Positions 12,525 to 27,500 of a stretch of 64,000 nt of DNA are shown here, one piece after another; position 1 is the stretch's first letter, and each line of letters starts with the position of its first letter. Source of the stretch: Mobula hypostoma (Eukaryota). The notes beneath the pieces are model-generated. The model made no database searches. It saw only the letters and a program-made list of their open reading frames with translations, and was not told the origin of the DNA. Made by a program: the position numbers and the translations under genes. Where the stretch lies: positions 105,526,001-105,590,000 of the forward strand of contig NC_086107.1 of NCBI RefSeq assembly GCF_963921235.1, written 5' to 3'.

Positions 12525-15500
12525 CTAGAATGAAGACATTAATGTTAAGAATGGTGCTGTATTTTGATTTGTTAAAACAACAGAGTGTGAGGAGTGGAAT
12601 GTTTTGGGGGTTAGGAAGGAAGGATTTTAGTTTGGAGACCGTGATGAAAAAGTTTGTTCACCTATACATCAGCCACGCTGTTGTAGACCTTGCTTCATTA
12701 TGTTAGAGAGGATTTTTAGAACATTTCTTTAAACTTCCACTTTGATTCCGAGGAGTTGTTGGTGGTTGGGAACAGGATTCATTGGATTTACCTGAACTTC
12801 TCACCCCTCACCCCCCTAGAGAGAGTGGAGAGTGCTGGGAGCACTGCCAGGAGTAGTGGTGGAGGCAGATACATTGGGGGTATTTAAGAAACTCTTCAAT
12901 AGGCACACAGATGATAGAAAAATGAAGAGCTTATGTAGAAGGGTTGGATTGATGTTAGTGTTGGTCAAATGGTTGCCACAACATTGTGGGCTGAATGGCC
13001 TGCACGCTGTAGTGTTCTACATTTAAATCCTCACCTAAGCTTCGCTTCAACCCACTGTATCCCTCAGGTACTCCTCAGCCCTAGACTATTCCCTTACATC
13101 TTACATTCTGGAATTCTTCACCCCCCCCCCCCCCCACCGGCACCCTGAAAGCCCCCGGACCTTTTGACCAAACACCAGCAGATAGTCAAACTCTGGTCAC
13201 CTCTACCAACCGACACTCAGCGGGGAAGCATATCCGAGAATCCCCCGGGGTTGGGTTTGTAGCATTAGCGCTGCAGCTGGTAGCAGATCTGCTGCTTTAC
13301 AGTTCCAGAAACCCAGGTTCAATTCTGACCTTCTGCACTGTCGGTGTGGAGTTTGCAGGCTCCCTCTTTGACTGCGTAGCTTCCACCAGGTGCTTCCGTT
13401 TTCTCCCATATCCGAGAGAAATGCAACACAGTAATAGGTCATTTCACCCAATGAACACATATGTCCTTGGAATGTGGGAGGAAACCAGAGCACCCGGAGG
13501 AAACCCACACACTCACAGAGAGAACGTACAAACTTCTTACAGACAGTGGCAGGAATTGAACCTGGGTCACTGGCACTGGAACACCGATATGCTAACCACT
13601 ATACTATTGTGCCAGTTGGTTAATTGGCCATTGAAAATTGCCCCTTCAGTGTAGGTGAGTGGTGGGATTAAGGTAAATGGATGGTAATTGGAATGAAGGG
13701 TCCTGTATCTCTCATGAATGTGGAGCAGCGAACCAGAACTGCTGAAGAAAGATCATTGAAAAAGAATATTAAATTCCATGTGTCTGACCTTTCATAATAT
13801 TCACGGATTGATCTTCTGGGCCTCTTCACAACAGAGTTGGCTTTCTGCTTCTCGAGGAAGGGACCTAGAACAATGAAGAATAATAATTGAGATGATAAGT
13901 CAATGTGATGGAGTATCAGGAAGTTGCTCTGATGAGGTTCATTGGGAAAACTCAAAAGTTTGAAACAAATTTACTATCAAAAGACAATGCTTTTAAGAAG
14001 TATTCACTGCCCTTTGGAAGTTTTCACATTTTATTGTTTTACAACATTGAAACAGTGGATTTAATTTGGATTTTTTTTGACACTGATCAACAAAAAAAGA
14101 CTGCGTCAGAGTGAAAACAGATCTCTACAAAGTGATCTAAATTAACTACAATTATAAAGCATAAAATAATTGTTTAAGTATTCATCCCTTTTATTATGAC
14201 ACACTGAATCATCAGTGGTGCAGCCAATTGGCTTTAGAAGTCACATAATTAGTTAAATGGAGATCACCTGTGTGCAGTCAAGGTGTTTCAATTGATTGTA
14301 GTAAAAATATACCTGTATCTGGAAGGTCCAATTGCTGGTGAGTCAGTATCCTGGCAAAAACTACACCATGAAGACAAAGCAACTCCGTGAAAAGGTTATT
14401 GAAAAGCACAAGTCAGGAGATGGATACAAGAAAATTTCCAAGTCACTAAAGTACAATTAAGTCAGTTATCAAGAAATGGAAAGAATATGGCACAGCTGTA
14501 AATCTGCCTAGAGCAGGCCATCCTCAAAAACTGAGTGACTGTGCAAGAAGGGGACTAGGGTTCTATGACATCTCTGGAGGAGTTACAAGCTTCATGGAAG
14601 AGACTGCGCATACAGCAACTGTTGTCCGGGTGGTTCACCAGTGGAAGGCTTGTGAAGGTAGAGGGTAAAATGAATGCAGCAAACTACAGGGAAATCCTGG
14701 AGGAAAACCTGATGCAGTCTGCAAGAGAAATGTGACTTGGGAGATTTGTTTTCCAGCAAACAATGACCCCAAGCATACAACCAAAGCTGCATGGGGGAAT
14801 GGTTTAGAAACAACAAAGTTAATACCCTGGATTGCCCAAGTTAGAGTCCAGACCTCAATCCAATTGAGAATTCGTGGCTGGACTTGAAAGGGGCTGCTCA
14901 CTCCTGATCCCCATGCAATCTGACAGAGCTTGAGCAGTTTTGTAAAGGAGAATGGGGGAAAATTGCAGTGTCCAGATGTGCAAAGCTGATAGAGACCTAT
15001 CCACACAGACTCAAGGCTGTAATTGCTACCAAAGGTGCATCTACTAAATACCGTCTTGAAGGGGGTTAGTAATTATGCAATCAATTATTTTGTTTAATAA
15101 TTGTAATAAATTTAGACCAATTTGAAGAAATTTGTTTTCAGTTTGACACAAAAGTCTTTCCTGTTGATCAGTGTCAAAAAAGCCACATTAAATCCACTGT
15201 GATTCAATGTTGTAAAACACAAAAACTTCCAAGGGGGTGAATACTTTTTACAGGTATTGTAAACATCACTGTTGGATTCCGATGTTCTTGATCCAAGGTT
15301 TTATCCATAGTCAGGAAAGAAGCAGAAAACTTGTTATTTCACGATTGTTTTGTTAAGAGTGGATAGGACAAAGGGAGGTTGAGCAAGCAGTGATAGAGGT
15401 TTACTAAGGGGGAGAGGGAGAGGGAGAACACCTAGCATAGAAAAACTATTTTTACACCCACAGAGATGAGGAAAATTCCATGCAAATTTTAAAATAAGAA

Positions 15501-18500
15501 TTAACCAATTAGAAAGCTGTTATTCAAATACTGCAGTGCCAGGTTAACCTATGAGAAAGCAATTATTCAAATAATGCGGAACAAAGAGGTTTATAGAGCT
15601 TCCCAAAATCATTCTTTGTGAATCCACTAGAGCAGGGGTTTCCAACCTCGGTTAATGGTAGGGGTTCTTGACATAAAACCCCCTGCACTAGAGCATATTA
15701 AACTGTTGTATGTTTATAAGAACTACTTAAAATACAAGCAGATAATTAATTGTTAAACTGCGAAGAAAATAACAATTAAATAGTCTAATCTAAGAATGAA
15801 ACAGTTGGATCCAGCATCACTATATACTACCCTGAGATTCATTTTCTTGCAGGCATTTACAGTCGAACAAAGAAATACAATAGAAACAATGAAAAGCTAA
15901 ACAGCAAGAAAGATTGACAATGTGCAAAAGAAGACACACTCTGCATATATTTAAAAAAGCAAAGAAAAAATAATATTGAGAACGAGTTGTACGGTTCTGG
16001 AAAGTGAGTTCAGACTGCAGGTTGTGGAATGAGTTCGGTGTTGAGTTGAGTGAAGTTATCCACACCGGTTCAGGAGCCTAATAGTTGAAGGGTACTAACT
16101 GTTCCTGAACTTGGTGGTGTGGGACCTAGGTTCCCAATGGCAGTAGCACAAAGAGAGCATGGTGTGGATGGTGGGGGCTCTTTGGTGATGGATGCTGCTT
16201 TCTGGCGGCAGTGCTCCTTACAGTTCTGCTCAATGGTGGTTAGGGATTTTTCTGTGATGGACTGGGCTTCCTTCCTCCTCTTGCTCGATCCCTTTGTGTT
16301 CTCTGTTTAGTAATAGGGAGCATTTTCTTCCGCTGTGATTTGAAAACACTTGGAACCTGATGTTTGTTTCACAAGTTGGATGCAGAGTTAGGCGACAGAT
16401 TGGGCTGTAGCCAGGTCATGTAGTTGGACCTGGACCTGGAGCTGGAAGTCATGGTTGGCCCAGTCTCCCCTCCTGGGACGGGGTACTCTGGTTACCAGCA
16501 CGGAGCGTGGCCAAGTGTCCACAACACCATCTGGCAGTGCATTTGTGATTGGGTGATCAGACAAGCACCCTCCTCTCTGTTCCCTTCCTTCTCAAGTTAC
16601 TGATCAAGGCTCCCCCTTTGTTGGCATTCCTTCTTCCAATGTTTTTGTGTCTTCAATGGCTGCCAAGACTCCAGCAGCTGGGAGCCAGATGCTAATACTC
16701 AGACCTGAACCTGACACTGTTTGAAGCCTGATCATGGACTTTGGACCTCAAATCTGCTTTAGTAATCCAGTGACTGAAGAGTGATTCTTCGGTCTTAAGG
16801 CGCCAGAACTCTGAGTGAAAATGTATGTCGTCCCAGCGTCTCGGTGCCCTGCCACACTCCACTCTAGCAGAACGGTTCAGTCTCCCAGCCTCTATTCCGG
16901 GTGCCTCAGTGCCTTTGCAAGATTTACGCTCAGCAATTTGTTTAGCTCAAAGCTTAAAATTAGCTTTTAAAAAACAAAATTTACATCCTGTTCATGTGGA
17001 AGGGGAGCTATTTCCTTTACATTTGATTGGCCATAAAGCCAATGAGAAAGTGATGTATCGGAACTTGTTTTTTGGATGTGTTTCATTCTAGCAGCTTAGC
17101 TGTTACATGCTGACTGTTAAAGAAACACGCCCGCTTGCTTTCAAGGTCTCCACAACTGTTGTTCTCAGAGGTTTTGATTAAAAAATCTATTTACCTATTT
17201 TTGTACTTGCACAGTTTGTCAGTCTTTGTGTGTACCTTTTCAGCAATTCTGGTACTACTTCTGCTGTGAATGTCTGCAAGAAAATGAACCCCAGTACTTA
17301 GTGATATATACATACTTTGAACTTTTGAACTACTTGAGTGGTAGAATCTTGGGCAAGTTGATAGAAATGTTAGAATCAGGTTTAATATCACCGGCAAATT
17401 TGTTAACTTTGTGGCAGCAGTACAATGCAATACATAATATAGAAACGAGTAAATCAATTACAGTAAGCATATTAGAGGAAGGTTTTTTACTCAGAGAGTG
17501 GTTGGTGGAATACACTGCCTGAGTCAGTGGTGGAGGCAGATACACTAGTGAAGTTTAAGAGACTACTAGACAGGTATATGGAGGAATTTAAGGTGGGGGC
17601 TTATATGGGAGGCAGGGTTTGAGGGTCGGCACAACATTGTGGGCCGAAGGGCCTGTAATGTGCTGTAATATTCTATGTTCTATATACTGTATGTATATTA
17701 AATAGTTAAGTTAAAAATAGTGCAAAATCAGAAAAAATAAAAATAGTGAGGTAGTGTTCATGGGTTCAATGTCCATTTAGAAATCGGATGGTAGAAGGGA
17801 AGAAGCTGTTCCTGAATCACTGAGTGTGTGCCTTCAGGCTTCTGTACCTCCTCCCTGACACTAACAATGAGAGGTGGGCATGAACTGGGTGAGGGGCGTC
17901 CGTAATAACGGACGCCACCTTTCTGAGTCACCGATCATTGACAATGTCTTGGATACTACCAAGACCAGTACCCATGATGGAGCTGACAAATTTTACAGCT
18001 TTCTGTAGCTTCTTTTGATCCTGTGCAGAAATGTGCGGAAAATTAAAATAAAAAATAGGATCAGTGTAAGTCAGAGATTCCCAACCTGGGATCCGTGGAT
18101 CCCTCAGTTAGGGGCCCTTGGCGTTAAAAAGGCTGGGAACCCCTGGTTGTAATTGGATGCCCGATGGATGGTGTGGAAATAGTGGGACATGGGGCCTGTT
18201 TCTGTGGTGATCCGTTCTCTGACTATTTTCCCCATTTTTGTTTGCCAATTATTTTCAGAAAGAAAGTGACTATTACCTCCACCTGCAGCCTGACTCACTT
18301 TCTCAGCAGAATCTGGAATAGAGAAAAAAAAAATAGAATTTTGATTAATGAAGCCTTTCATCAGAACGGATTTTAGACCCTCCCTCACATTTAATGACAT
18401 TTCACTCTGTCCCGGTATTGTTCACTACCTTTAGCATCCGGCCCACTTGCATTCTCACCAGAGTCTGAATCATAAGGAGGAGGATTTCAATTTCCCAGCC

Positions 18501-21500
18501 ATTTATCAGAATGACTTTTCTCTCCTCGTGAAATCACCAACACAACTGGACTGAAGCCACCAACAGCATGATTTCAGGCCTTCAAAGGCAAGGATTTTGT
18601 TGATCTGAGGAATTTCTCTTTTCATTTGACGGCGGGGGGATTTTCACAGGGTTCTTCAGGCAGTTTATCTGGCCTTTCTCCATCAATAAACAGAACCTCG
18701 ACTCCATTTAGTCCAATTGCTTCCAACCTACATCTGTGTGACAGTTGACGTGCTCTTGCTCTTTCCAACCACCTTCAGTTCCCTGGCTCCGATCGCCTCA
18801 TTTTCACTATGGACGTCCAGTCCCTACACACTTCTATCCCCCATCAGGAAGGCCTCAAAGCTCTCCGTTTCTTTCTGGACAACAGACCTAACTAGTTCCC
18901 CTCCACCATCACCCTCCCCTACCTAGCAGAATTGGTCCTCAAACTCATCAAGTCATGATGAAAGGCCTGAAATGTCAACTGTTTACTTCTCTCCACAGAT
19001 GCTGCCTGACCTGTTGAGTTCCTTCAGAATTTTTGTGTGTCCGTGTCCATGTCCAGCCTGGTTTTGGACTGACATCAGCAAAATCCTCTGATCTTTACGC
19101 ACAAAGAGCACAGAGCAACAATTCCCATGTTTAATGATCTGGAATAAATCCTGGAGTTGTTTTGTCAGCATGCTTTACCAAGTTCCCTCTCCCAGGTTTA
19201 GAGGGGGATGCAAATATTCTGCTGAACTTCAGAAAGTAGAGATTTGTAGCACTGTTCCCAGCTTTAGGATATGTCGAATGAAACTCGTTTGGTGTCATCA
19301 CTGGGACACATCCCATAGTGGTGGATTTGGACCAGCCTTGTCATTCATATCCTACAGCACTTCAGGAGGCCACATCCTAGTTAGGAAAATAACTCCACTT
19401 AGGAGGCATCCCTGCTGAAACCCTAAAGCTCGGCAGAGGGAGCTGTTGCCTGATTGCTCATGTTGGAGAAGAGAAGGATGTTCCATGGGGCCTCAGAGAC
19501 ACCACAGTCTTCAAGAAAATGAATGAGAAAGTGGTTTACCACAGTTAGCGTGCCCAATGGTGGTTCAGGTTTCAGGGTTACACAATCAACAGGATCATAG
19601 CCACCCCCTCGTAGAACCATCTCACCCCCTTCCCCTGTAAACCCCATACAGACAGATTCACAAACCATCATCTCTTCCAAGTCCAATACTTTTGCCTTTG
19701 AAGCTTTCTTTAGAATCTGAAACAGAAACCATTTTTTAAAATTAGAAGATGGAAGTTGACTGTGAAGATTCACAATGTCAGTGTTGCTCTTCGCTGGATG
19801 GGCCTCAGCGCCTCCCTTGCTATAAGATGCAGGACAGGCAGTAAGCAGCAGGGGACCAGAGACTCTACAGTGACATTATCCCTAATCTCCACTGTCTGTC
19901 CCCCCCCCCCCCAGAGAAGGAGCACAGTCTAGGGCCCTGTCACTACTGGTCACTGAGGGACTGAGCCTTTCAAACGCTTCAGGGCTGCACTGTCTAAAGG
20001 AGGATACATGAGTGATGTCAGGGAATATCCTGGATTGTAGATATAGTTAACACAGGGAAAGGCACAACCAGATTTTATTTACTGTGTCCAGTAAAACTCT
20101 GATAATTGTAACTAATGTAAAGAAACTCACATTGTGACTGTTATGTACTGTGAACAGAAAAACCCAGATAATCCTTTGAGATTTCAATGATTCCGGGTTG
20201 CCAGATTTTACAAACTGGAATGTTATTCATATATGCTGAAGGGTTTTGGCCTGAAACGCCGACTGTTTACACTTCTGGACAGGTGCTGCCTGGCCTGCTG
20301 AGTTCCTCCAGCATTTTGTGTGTGTTGCTCTGATTTCCAGCATCTGCAGATTTTCTCTTATTCGTGATGTTATTTACATTAATCACTCAACACACCTTTT
20401 AATTTGTTTTGCTTTGAAGATGTTACACCTTGTTATAATAAATTCTCCATGGAAACTGGTAAGTCTGAGGGACCGTGGAAACCAGGAGCCCAGAAAGCTT
20501 CAGGAGGGGCTGAAACAGGTGGGTTTCAGATGAGTACTGCAATCGTTGCCCAGCGAGACCATCGGAATGCAATTGCAGTTTTACTGAATATTATGAATAA
20601 AGTATAGTTTGGGGGGGGGGGGAAAGTGTTCTCACAAAGCCCAGCAAAGGCCAATCAATACAAATTACTTTCTGGATCTATTACTGCAGCCGACAATGAA
20701 TGTTGAACGGTTGTGGTACAAAAAGATGTCGGCCATTCGGCCCGTTGTATCAGTGTTGGGCACTATTACAGCTCGGGAAGTTCTTCTAACCACTGAAATA
20801 TCTTTTAAAGTTCTTTTTTTAAACAATCTAACAATAGATCTAAACCTTCTTCATGCAACTTGTTCCAGATCACAGCCATCTGCTACCACATTCCCTCGGA
20901 TTCTTCTGCCAAATGGTTTCAATCTGTGTGCCCCGGTGAGGAATTTTACAAACAGGGATATTTTAATATGAAAATCTTAGTATCTCGAGCTGCAGAGTGA
21001 CTCTCTCTCTCTGCAGAATCTAGAATTTACAAAAAAGAGCAGAATTACTGTTCAATTCAAAACCTCTGCATCCCATTACCAGAATAATTCTCAACTTGCC
21101 TTTCTGTTTTAATAGGACTTTGCCCTATATATGTCACATTCTTTACAGATCAAGAGAGCTACCTTTAGTATCTGGACCACTCTCGTTCTCAGCAGAGTCT
21201 AAAATACGAGAATTGGAGTCTTAATTTCTGTTACACCAATAGTTTTCAAAGATTCTCATATCACTTACAAACACCTGCACACTCAAGTTTTTGGCCACAG
21301 AATTGCCACTTACTAGATTTTTTTTTCCTGTTTTTCACACCATTCTCTGTAAACTTTAGAGACTGTTGTGTGTGAAAATCCCAGGAGATCAGCAGTTTTA
21401 TGTGATACTCAAACCACCCTGTCTGGCACCGACGATCATTCCACAGCCAAAGTCACCTAGAATAAGTTTCCTCTATATTCTGATGTTTGGTCTGAACAAC

Positions 21501-24500
21501 AACTGAACCTCTTGACCATGTCGTCATGCTTTTATGCATTGAGTTGCTGCAATGTGATTGGCTGGTTTGATGTTTGTATTAACGAGCAGATGTTCAGGTG
21601 TACCTAATAAAGTGGCCACTCAGTTATAGAGTTGGTTATACTCACAACACGCTGGAGGAGCTCAGCAGGTCGGGCAGCATCTGTGGAAAAGATCTGTCGA
21701 CGTCGACAGATCTTTTCCACGGATGCTGCCCGACCTGCTGGGCTCCTCCAGCATGTTGTATTGCTTTGACCCCAGCCTCTGCAGGTTATTTTGTGTTTAC
21801 GATAGAGTTGGTTAACCTGCGAAATTTCTGAGAAAGGTATAGAGTTTTTCAGCATTTGCTTCGAACAGATTAGCTGGTCTCTTGCCATAAAGAGGCATGT
21901 ATATGGAAAAACAGAATCTTTTTTCTTCATAGAAATATCAGATACTACAGGACATTCATTTAAAGTGAAACGGAATAATCTAAAAGGAGATGTGTGGGTA
22001 AGTCTTTTTTACACTGAGAGTTGTAGGTGCTTGGAAAGGGCTGCTAGAGAGAGCTGCAATAGCATTAACAACAAGGCACATGAATTTGCAGGGAATGGCG
22101 GATATGGATGACGTGAAGGCAAGACAGAGGTTTAATTGGGCGCAAACACAGGAGATTTTGCAGATGCTGGAAATCCAGAGCAACACACACAAAATGTTGG
22201 AGGAACTCAGCAGGTCAGGCAGCATCTATGGAGGGGGAATAAACAGTCAACGTTTCGGGCTGAGATCCTTCATCGGGACTGGAAAGGAAAGAGGGACAGA
22301 GCCAGAACAAGAGGGTCCGGGAAGGCAAGGAGTACAGTTTAGAAGGAGATGGGTGAAGTCAAATGGGTGGGGGTAGGGGGTTGAAGTAAGAAGCTGGGTG
22401 GCGTGAGGTGGAAAAGGTAAAAGGCAGGAGGAGGAGGAATCTGAGAGGAAAGGAGACAGGGAAGGAGGAGGGGCACCAGGGGGAGGTGATGGGCGGAAGA
22501 GGAAAGAGGGGTGCCAGAGTGGGGAATTGAAGAATGGTGAAGGGAGGAGGGGAATTACCGGAAGTTGGAGAAATCGATATTTATGCCATCAGGTTGGAAA
22601 CCACCCAGACGGAATATGAGGTGTTGCTCCTCCAGCCTGAGGGTGGCAGTAGAGGCGGCCGTGGACCAACATGTCGAGATGGGCCCGAAAAGTTAACTGT
22701 TTATTCCCCTCCATATTTTAATTTGGCACCGATTTCAGCACAGACATCTTGGGTTGCGGTGTCCGTTCCTGTGCTGTACTCCCCTATGTTCTGGAGTCTG
22801 GCGGGGCCTCAAATCCAACAGAACCCCTTAATGTCATTCACAAAGTGTAAAAACAAAACACTCTATGCAAGGATCAGGAATAAATACCCGAGGTGTTTCC
22901 ATTCTGTTTGTAGCCATACTGCACCTATTCAATAGGGTGTGCCATACGCTCGGGCAGGTCAGTTTAACAAAGGCAATGGTACAGTAGTTTTGTATAAGAG
23001 CCCTTGGAGAGCAAGGCTTTGAGGGATAAGGGTTGAAAGCAGGAAATTGGGACCAGCTGGTTGGGTGCCATGGTCTCCTTGGACTAGTTGGGCTGAAGGG
23101 CCTGTATCTGGGCTATATTGCTCTATGACTATGGGCCAAAGACAGAAATATGGGACTACTTCAGGTAGACAATTGGTCAGCAAGTCTGGAAATGCCTGCT
23201 CCCAAGCTGCACGTATGGTATCTGTGACTCTAAGCGGCACATCTTTGTCATCATCAGAATGTTCCAAAATGCTTTACAGCCAATAATGTTATCCCTGTGA
23301 TATAGGGAAAATAGCAGCCACAAATAGAGCACAGAAATAAGAATATTGTAAGATAGTTGGTGGAGATAAACATACAATATTGCACCTAAATATTGCAAGC
23401 CACTGAGAGGGTGCAGAGGGCCAATCACGGAGCATGTTTCAGAACTGGTCACCAAGAGGGCGCAGACAGCCAATCACAGCTTGGGTGTCAGAGTCAGTCA
23501 CCGAGAGGGTGTAGAGAGCCAATCACAGTTTGGGTGTCAGAGTTGGTCACCGAGAGGGTGCAGAGAGCCAATCACAGTGTGTGTTTCAGAGTACATCACT
23601 CAAAAGGGTGCAGAAGGCCAATTTCAGTACGGAGTTTGGTGTAAGCCTCTCGGAGGGCACAGACAACCAATCACAGAACATATTTCAGCATAAGCCACCC
23701 ACAGGGTGCAGCGGACCAATCAAAGCACAGGTTTTGGAGTAACCCACTGGGGGGGGGGGGCGGTGGGAGAGGGTAGGTGTAATTAAAACTTTTTAACATG
23801 GAAAATGAATCTATAAGTTTGAACCCAAGTGTGGTTGCATGTTGCTGTCACTGGAGCACTGAATAGGCTTCCCCCACCTCTCTACACAACCTGACCTGGA
23901 AATCAGGGTCAGGGGTGAAAGTTCCTAACCTGCACCATCTCCTTGCTCTTTGGTTACGGGAGCCATGACGGGAGCTCTAGTTCAAGGCTCACAGTAATGG
24001 GTTTTCAGCTGATGGCAATGCACCAGATGGGTCATTTGCCAGACTTTTTAAATAAATCTTCTTAGTTTTGAACATTAGGAACAGTCATCATCATTATGTG
24101 CCCTGTTGTATGACGTGGGCAATCATGGTCCCACGACCATGATTGTTCTTGGCAAATTTTTCTACAGAAGTGGTTTGCCATTGCCTTCTTCTGGGCAGTG
24201 TCTTTACAAGGTTGGTGACCCCAGCCATTATCAATACTCTACAGAGATTGTTTGCCTGGCGTCGATGGTCTTGTGATACGAACCAGCTGCTCATACGACC
24301 ATCCACCACCAGTTCCCATGGCGGACTGGGGTGTGGGTTAAGCAGGCACTACACCTCGCTCAAGGATGGCCTGCAGGATAGCGGAGGGAAGGAGTGCCTT
24401 CATCTCTTTGGTAGAGACGCGTCTCCACCCCGCCACCCAATTAGGAACAGTAATAATTTTAACAATATGTTGATACCTCGAGCTACAGAGTTACTCCCTG

Positions 24501-27500
24501 TTTCTGTAGAATCTGGAATAAAAAAAACTGGTTTAGTTCACCAATCACAGGAAATCCTGTTATCAGAGTAGAATCAAACCTCTCCCTCTCATTTTAAAGA
24601 CATTTTAAAATGAGAAATAGAAGCAGGAGTCGGCCATCTGGCCCATCGAGCCTGTTCTACTATTCAATAAGATCATGGCTGATCTGGCCATGGACTCAAC
24701 TCCACCTACCTGCCTTTCCTCCCTTAATCCTTAATTCCCCTGCTGTGCAAAAATCTATCAAACTATGACTTAAAATATATTTAATGAGGTAGCTTCTACC
24801 CCTTCCCAGGACAGAGGATTCCATAGATTCACTATTCTCTGGGAAAAGCAGTCTCTCTTCATCTCTGTCCTAAATGTATTCCCCAGAATATTGAGGCTAT
24901 GTCCCCGAGTTCTCGTGTCACTTCCAAGTTCAAAGTAAATCTATTATCAAAGTGCATATATGTCCTACTCTGGACATTCTCCACACATCTTTCTTTATAT
25001 ACGGGGCCCAAAACTGCGCACAACATTCTGACCAATGCCTTATAATAGCTCAGCATTCTTGGTTCTACATTCTAGTCCTCTGAAAATGTATACCAACAGA
25101 CTTGCCACAGTTAGTGAGCTAACGCTGAGGCCAACCAGAGTGTAGTTTTCAGAATGAGACAGCAGGGGGCAGTACTCTCACACCCGCAAATGGACCCAAA
25201 TCTGACATGCAGTCATTAGTCCCCAGACAGCATCATTCACAAACTATGATCTTCTCTGGACCCAATCACTTGGATTTTCCTTTCAACACTCTTGTCTTCT
25301 TGCTGCTGCCATCAGGAAGAAGGCACAGGAGCCTTAAGACCTGCACCACCAGGTTTGGGAACATTTATTACTCCTCAACCATCAGGCTCTTGAACCAGAG
25401 GGGATAACTTCACTCCATCCATCACTGAACTGTCCCACAACCTACGGATTCACTTTCAAGGACTCTTCATCTCATGTTCTTGATATTTATTGCTTATTTA
25501 TTTACTATCATTATTTTTTTTATTTTCTCTCCTTTTCGTATTTACACAGTTTGTTGTACTTTTTTACACACTGGTTGTTATCAGTCCTGTTGGTTGTGGT
25601 CTTACATTGATTCTACTGGGACAATTTACAACGACCAATTAACCTACCTGGTACATCTTTGAACTGTGGGAGGACACCCAGGACCTGGAGGAAACCCATG
25701 CATTCCATTGGGGAGGTGTATAGAAACTCCTTACAGAGGATGCCGGAATTGAACTCGGCACTCCAGGATGCCCCGAGCTGCAATAGCGTGCGAACGCACA
25801 ATCATAGTGTGCGAACCACTACACTACCCTGCGTCCATTCTTTGTCCTCGTGGTTTTTTGAGGGACAGGAACACTGGTTCTGGGCACAGGTAGAGCAGCG
25901 GCTAAGAGACTTTCCTCCATAACAAGTCAAGTCACTTTTTATTGTCATTTTGACCATAACTGCTGGTACAGTACACAGTAAAAACAAGACATTTTTCAGG
26001 ACCATGGTGCTACATGAACAATACAAAAACTACACTGAACTATGTGAAAAAAACACTAGATTACAGACCTAGTCAGGACTGCATAAAGTGCACAAAACAG
26101 TGCAGGCATTACAATAAATAATATGCACAGTAGAGGGCAGTAGGTTGGTGCCTGCAGAAACATATAAAACCAGAGGAATTATGTTTAAGGTGAGGAGGTA
26201 GAGAGGATCCAAGGTCATGTTTATCATCCAGAGGGTGGTTACACTTTAGAACACACGGTCTGAGAAAATGGTGGAGGAAGATACTCTTGCAAGAATGAAA
26301 AAAATTGACCCTTCTAGGTGTAGAAGTCCTTAGGCTAAGTCTTGGTAAAAGGGGGTTACTAGACATGGACTCAAATTTGAGGGGCAACCCTTAAGAACAG
26401 GAATAAGGAGGAATTTTTTTTAGCCAGATAGTAGTAAATCTGTGGAATACTCTGCCACAGACTGTGGTAGAGGCCAAGTCCATGCATATATTTAAGGCGG
26501 ATGTTGGTCGTTTCCTGATCGATCAGAGCATCAAAGGATATGGCGAGAAGGTAGGTGTATGGGGTTGAGTGGGATCTGGGAGCAGCCACGATGGAATGGC
26601 AGACTCGATGGGCTGAATGGCCTAATTCTGCTCCTATGTCTTATGGTCTTGTGGTCTTATAGCCTGGAAACAGTCCATCCCGCCCACCAAACTAGACCCA
26701 TTTGCTCGTATTTGGTCCACATCCCTCTAAACCCCTGCTATCTGTATATATCCAAATGGATTTTGGATGCTGTTATTGTTACTACTTCAACCACCTGCTC
26801 CAGCAGCTCAGTCGCTGTGGGAAGAAGTTGCCCCTCAGGTCCCTTGTAAGTTTTTACCCTCTCAACCTTGCACCTATGCCCTCTAGTTTTTAGTTTGCCT
26901 TTGCTGGGAAAAAGGCTGTGTGCATTTACCCCCACCTATGCTCCTTCATGATTTTATACACCTCTGTAAGGTCACCCCTTAGTCTCCTTTGTTCAAGGAA
27001 TAAAGTCCTAACCTGCCCAACCTCTCCCTATAACTCAGTCCTGGCAGCATCCTTGAAAATCTCCATTCTTTTTCCAGACTAGTGACGTCTGTCCTAGAAC
27101 AGGACGACCAAAATTGTGTGTGATGAAGGTCACCTTGGATATGGTAGGCCAAGGGACCTGCTACCATGTTGAATGCCTCTTTCCGTGTTGTATGAATCCG
27201 AATCAGGTCTACTCAGAAGTGGTATGATTCTTTGACCATGAATCTATGGCACTATTAATCCCCACTGTAACTTATTATCACTTATCATTTCCTTCAACTG
27301 CCATTCCTGGATACAGAAGCCTTTCATCTCCTTTATGGTTTCTGCCCAAGGCTTTGGCACCCATTGGCTTCCCCACAGTTAGGACAACTGCCAATAGATA
27401 GATTACACAAGATATAAACTTCATAAATAGTTACCCCAAGTTGCAGAGTGCCTCTCCTTTTCAGCCGAATCTGGAAAAGAAGGGGAAGAATTTCAGTTCA

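Noticed and set aside
16775..16810. Possible extra 36-bp minus-strand exon ([12 protein letters not shown])
   Set aside because: Good acceptor but a poor donor (gtcact), no D-S-x-E start and no clear homology to the other exons.
23205..23262. HSDDDKDV peptide on the minus strand resembling the acidic exons
   Set aside because: No AG acceptor at the expected position, and the sequence looks repeat-derived.
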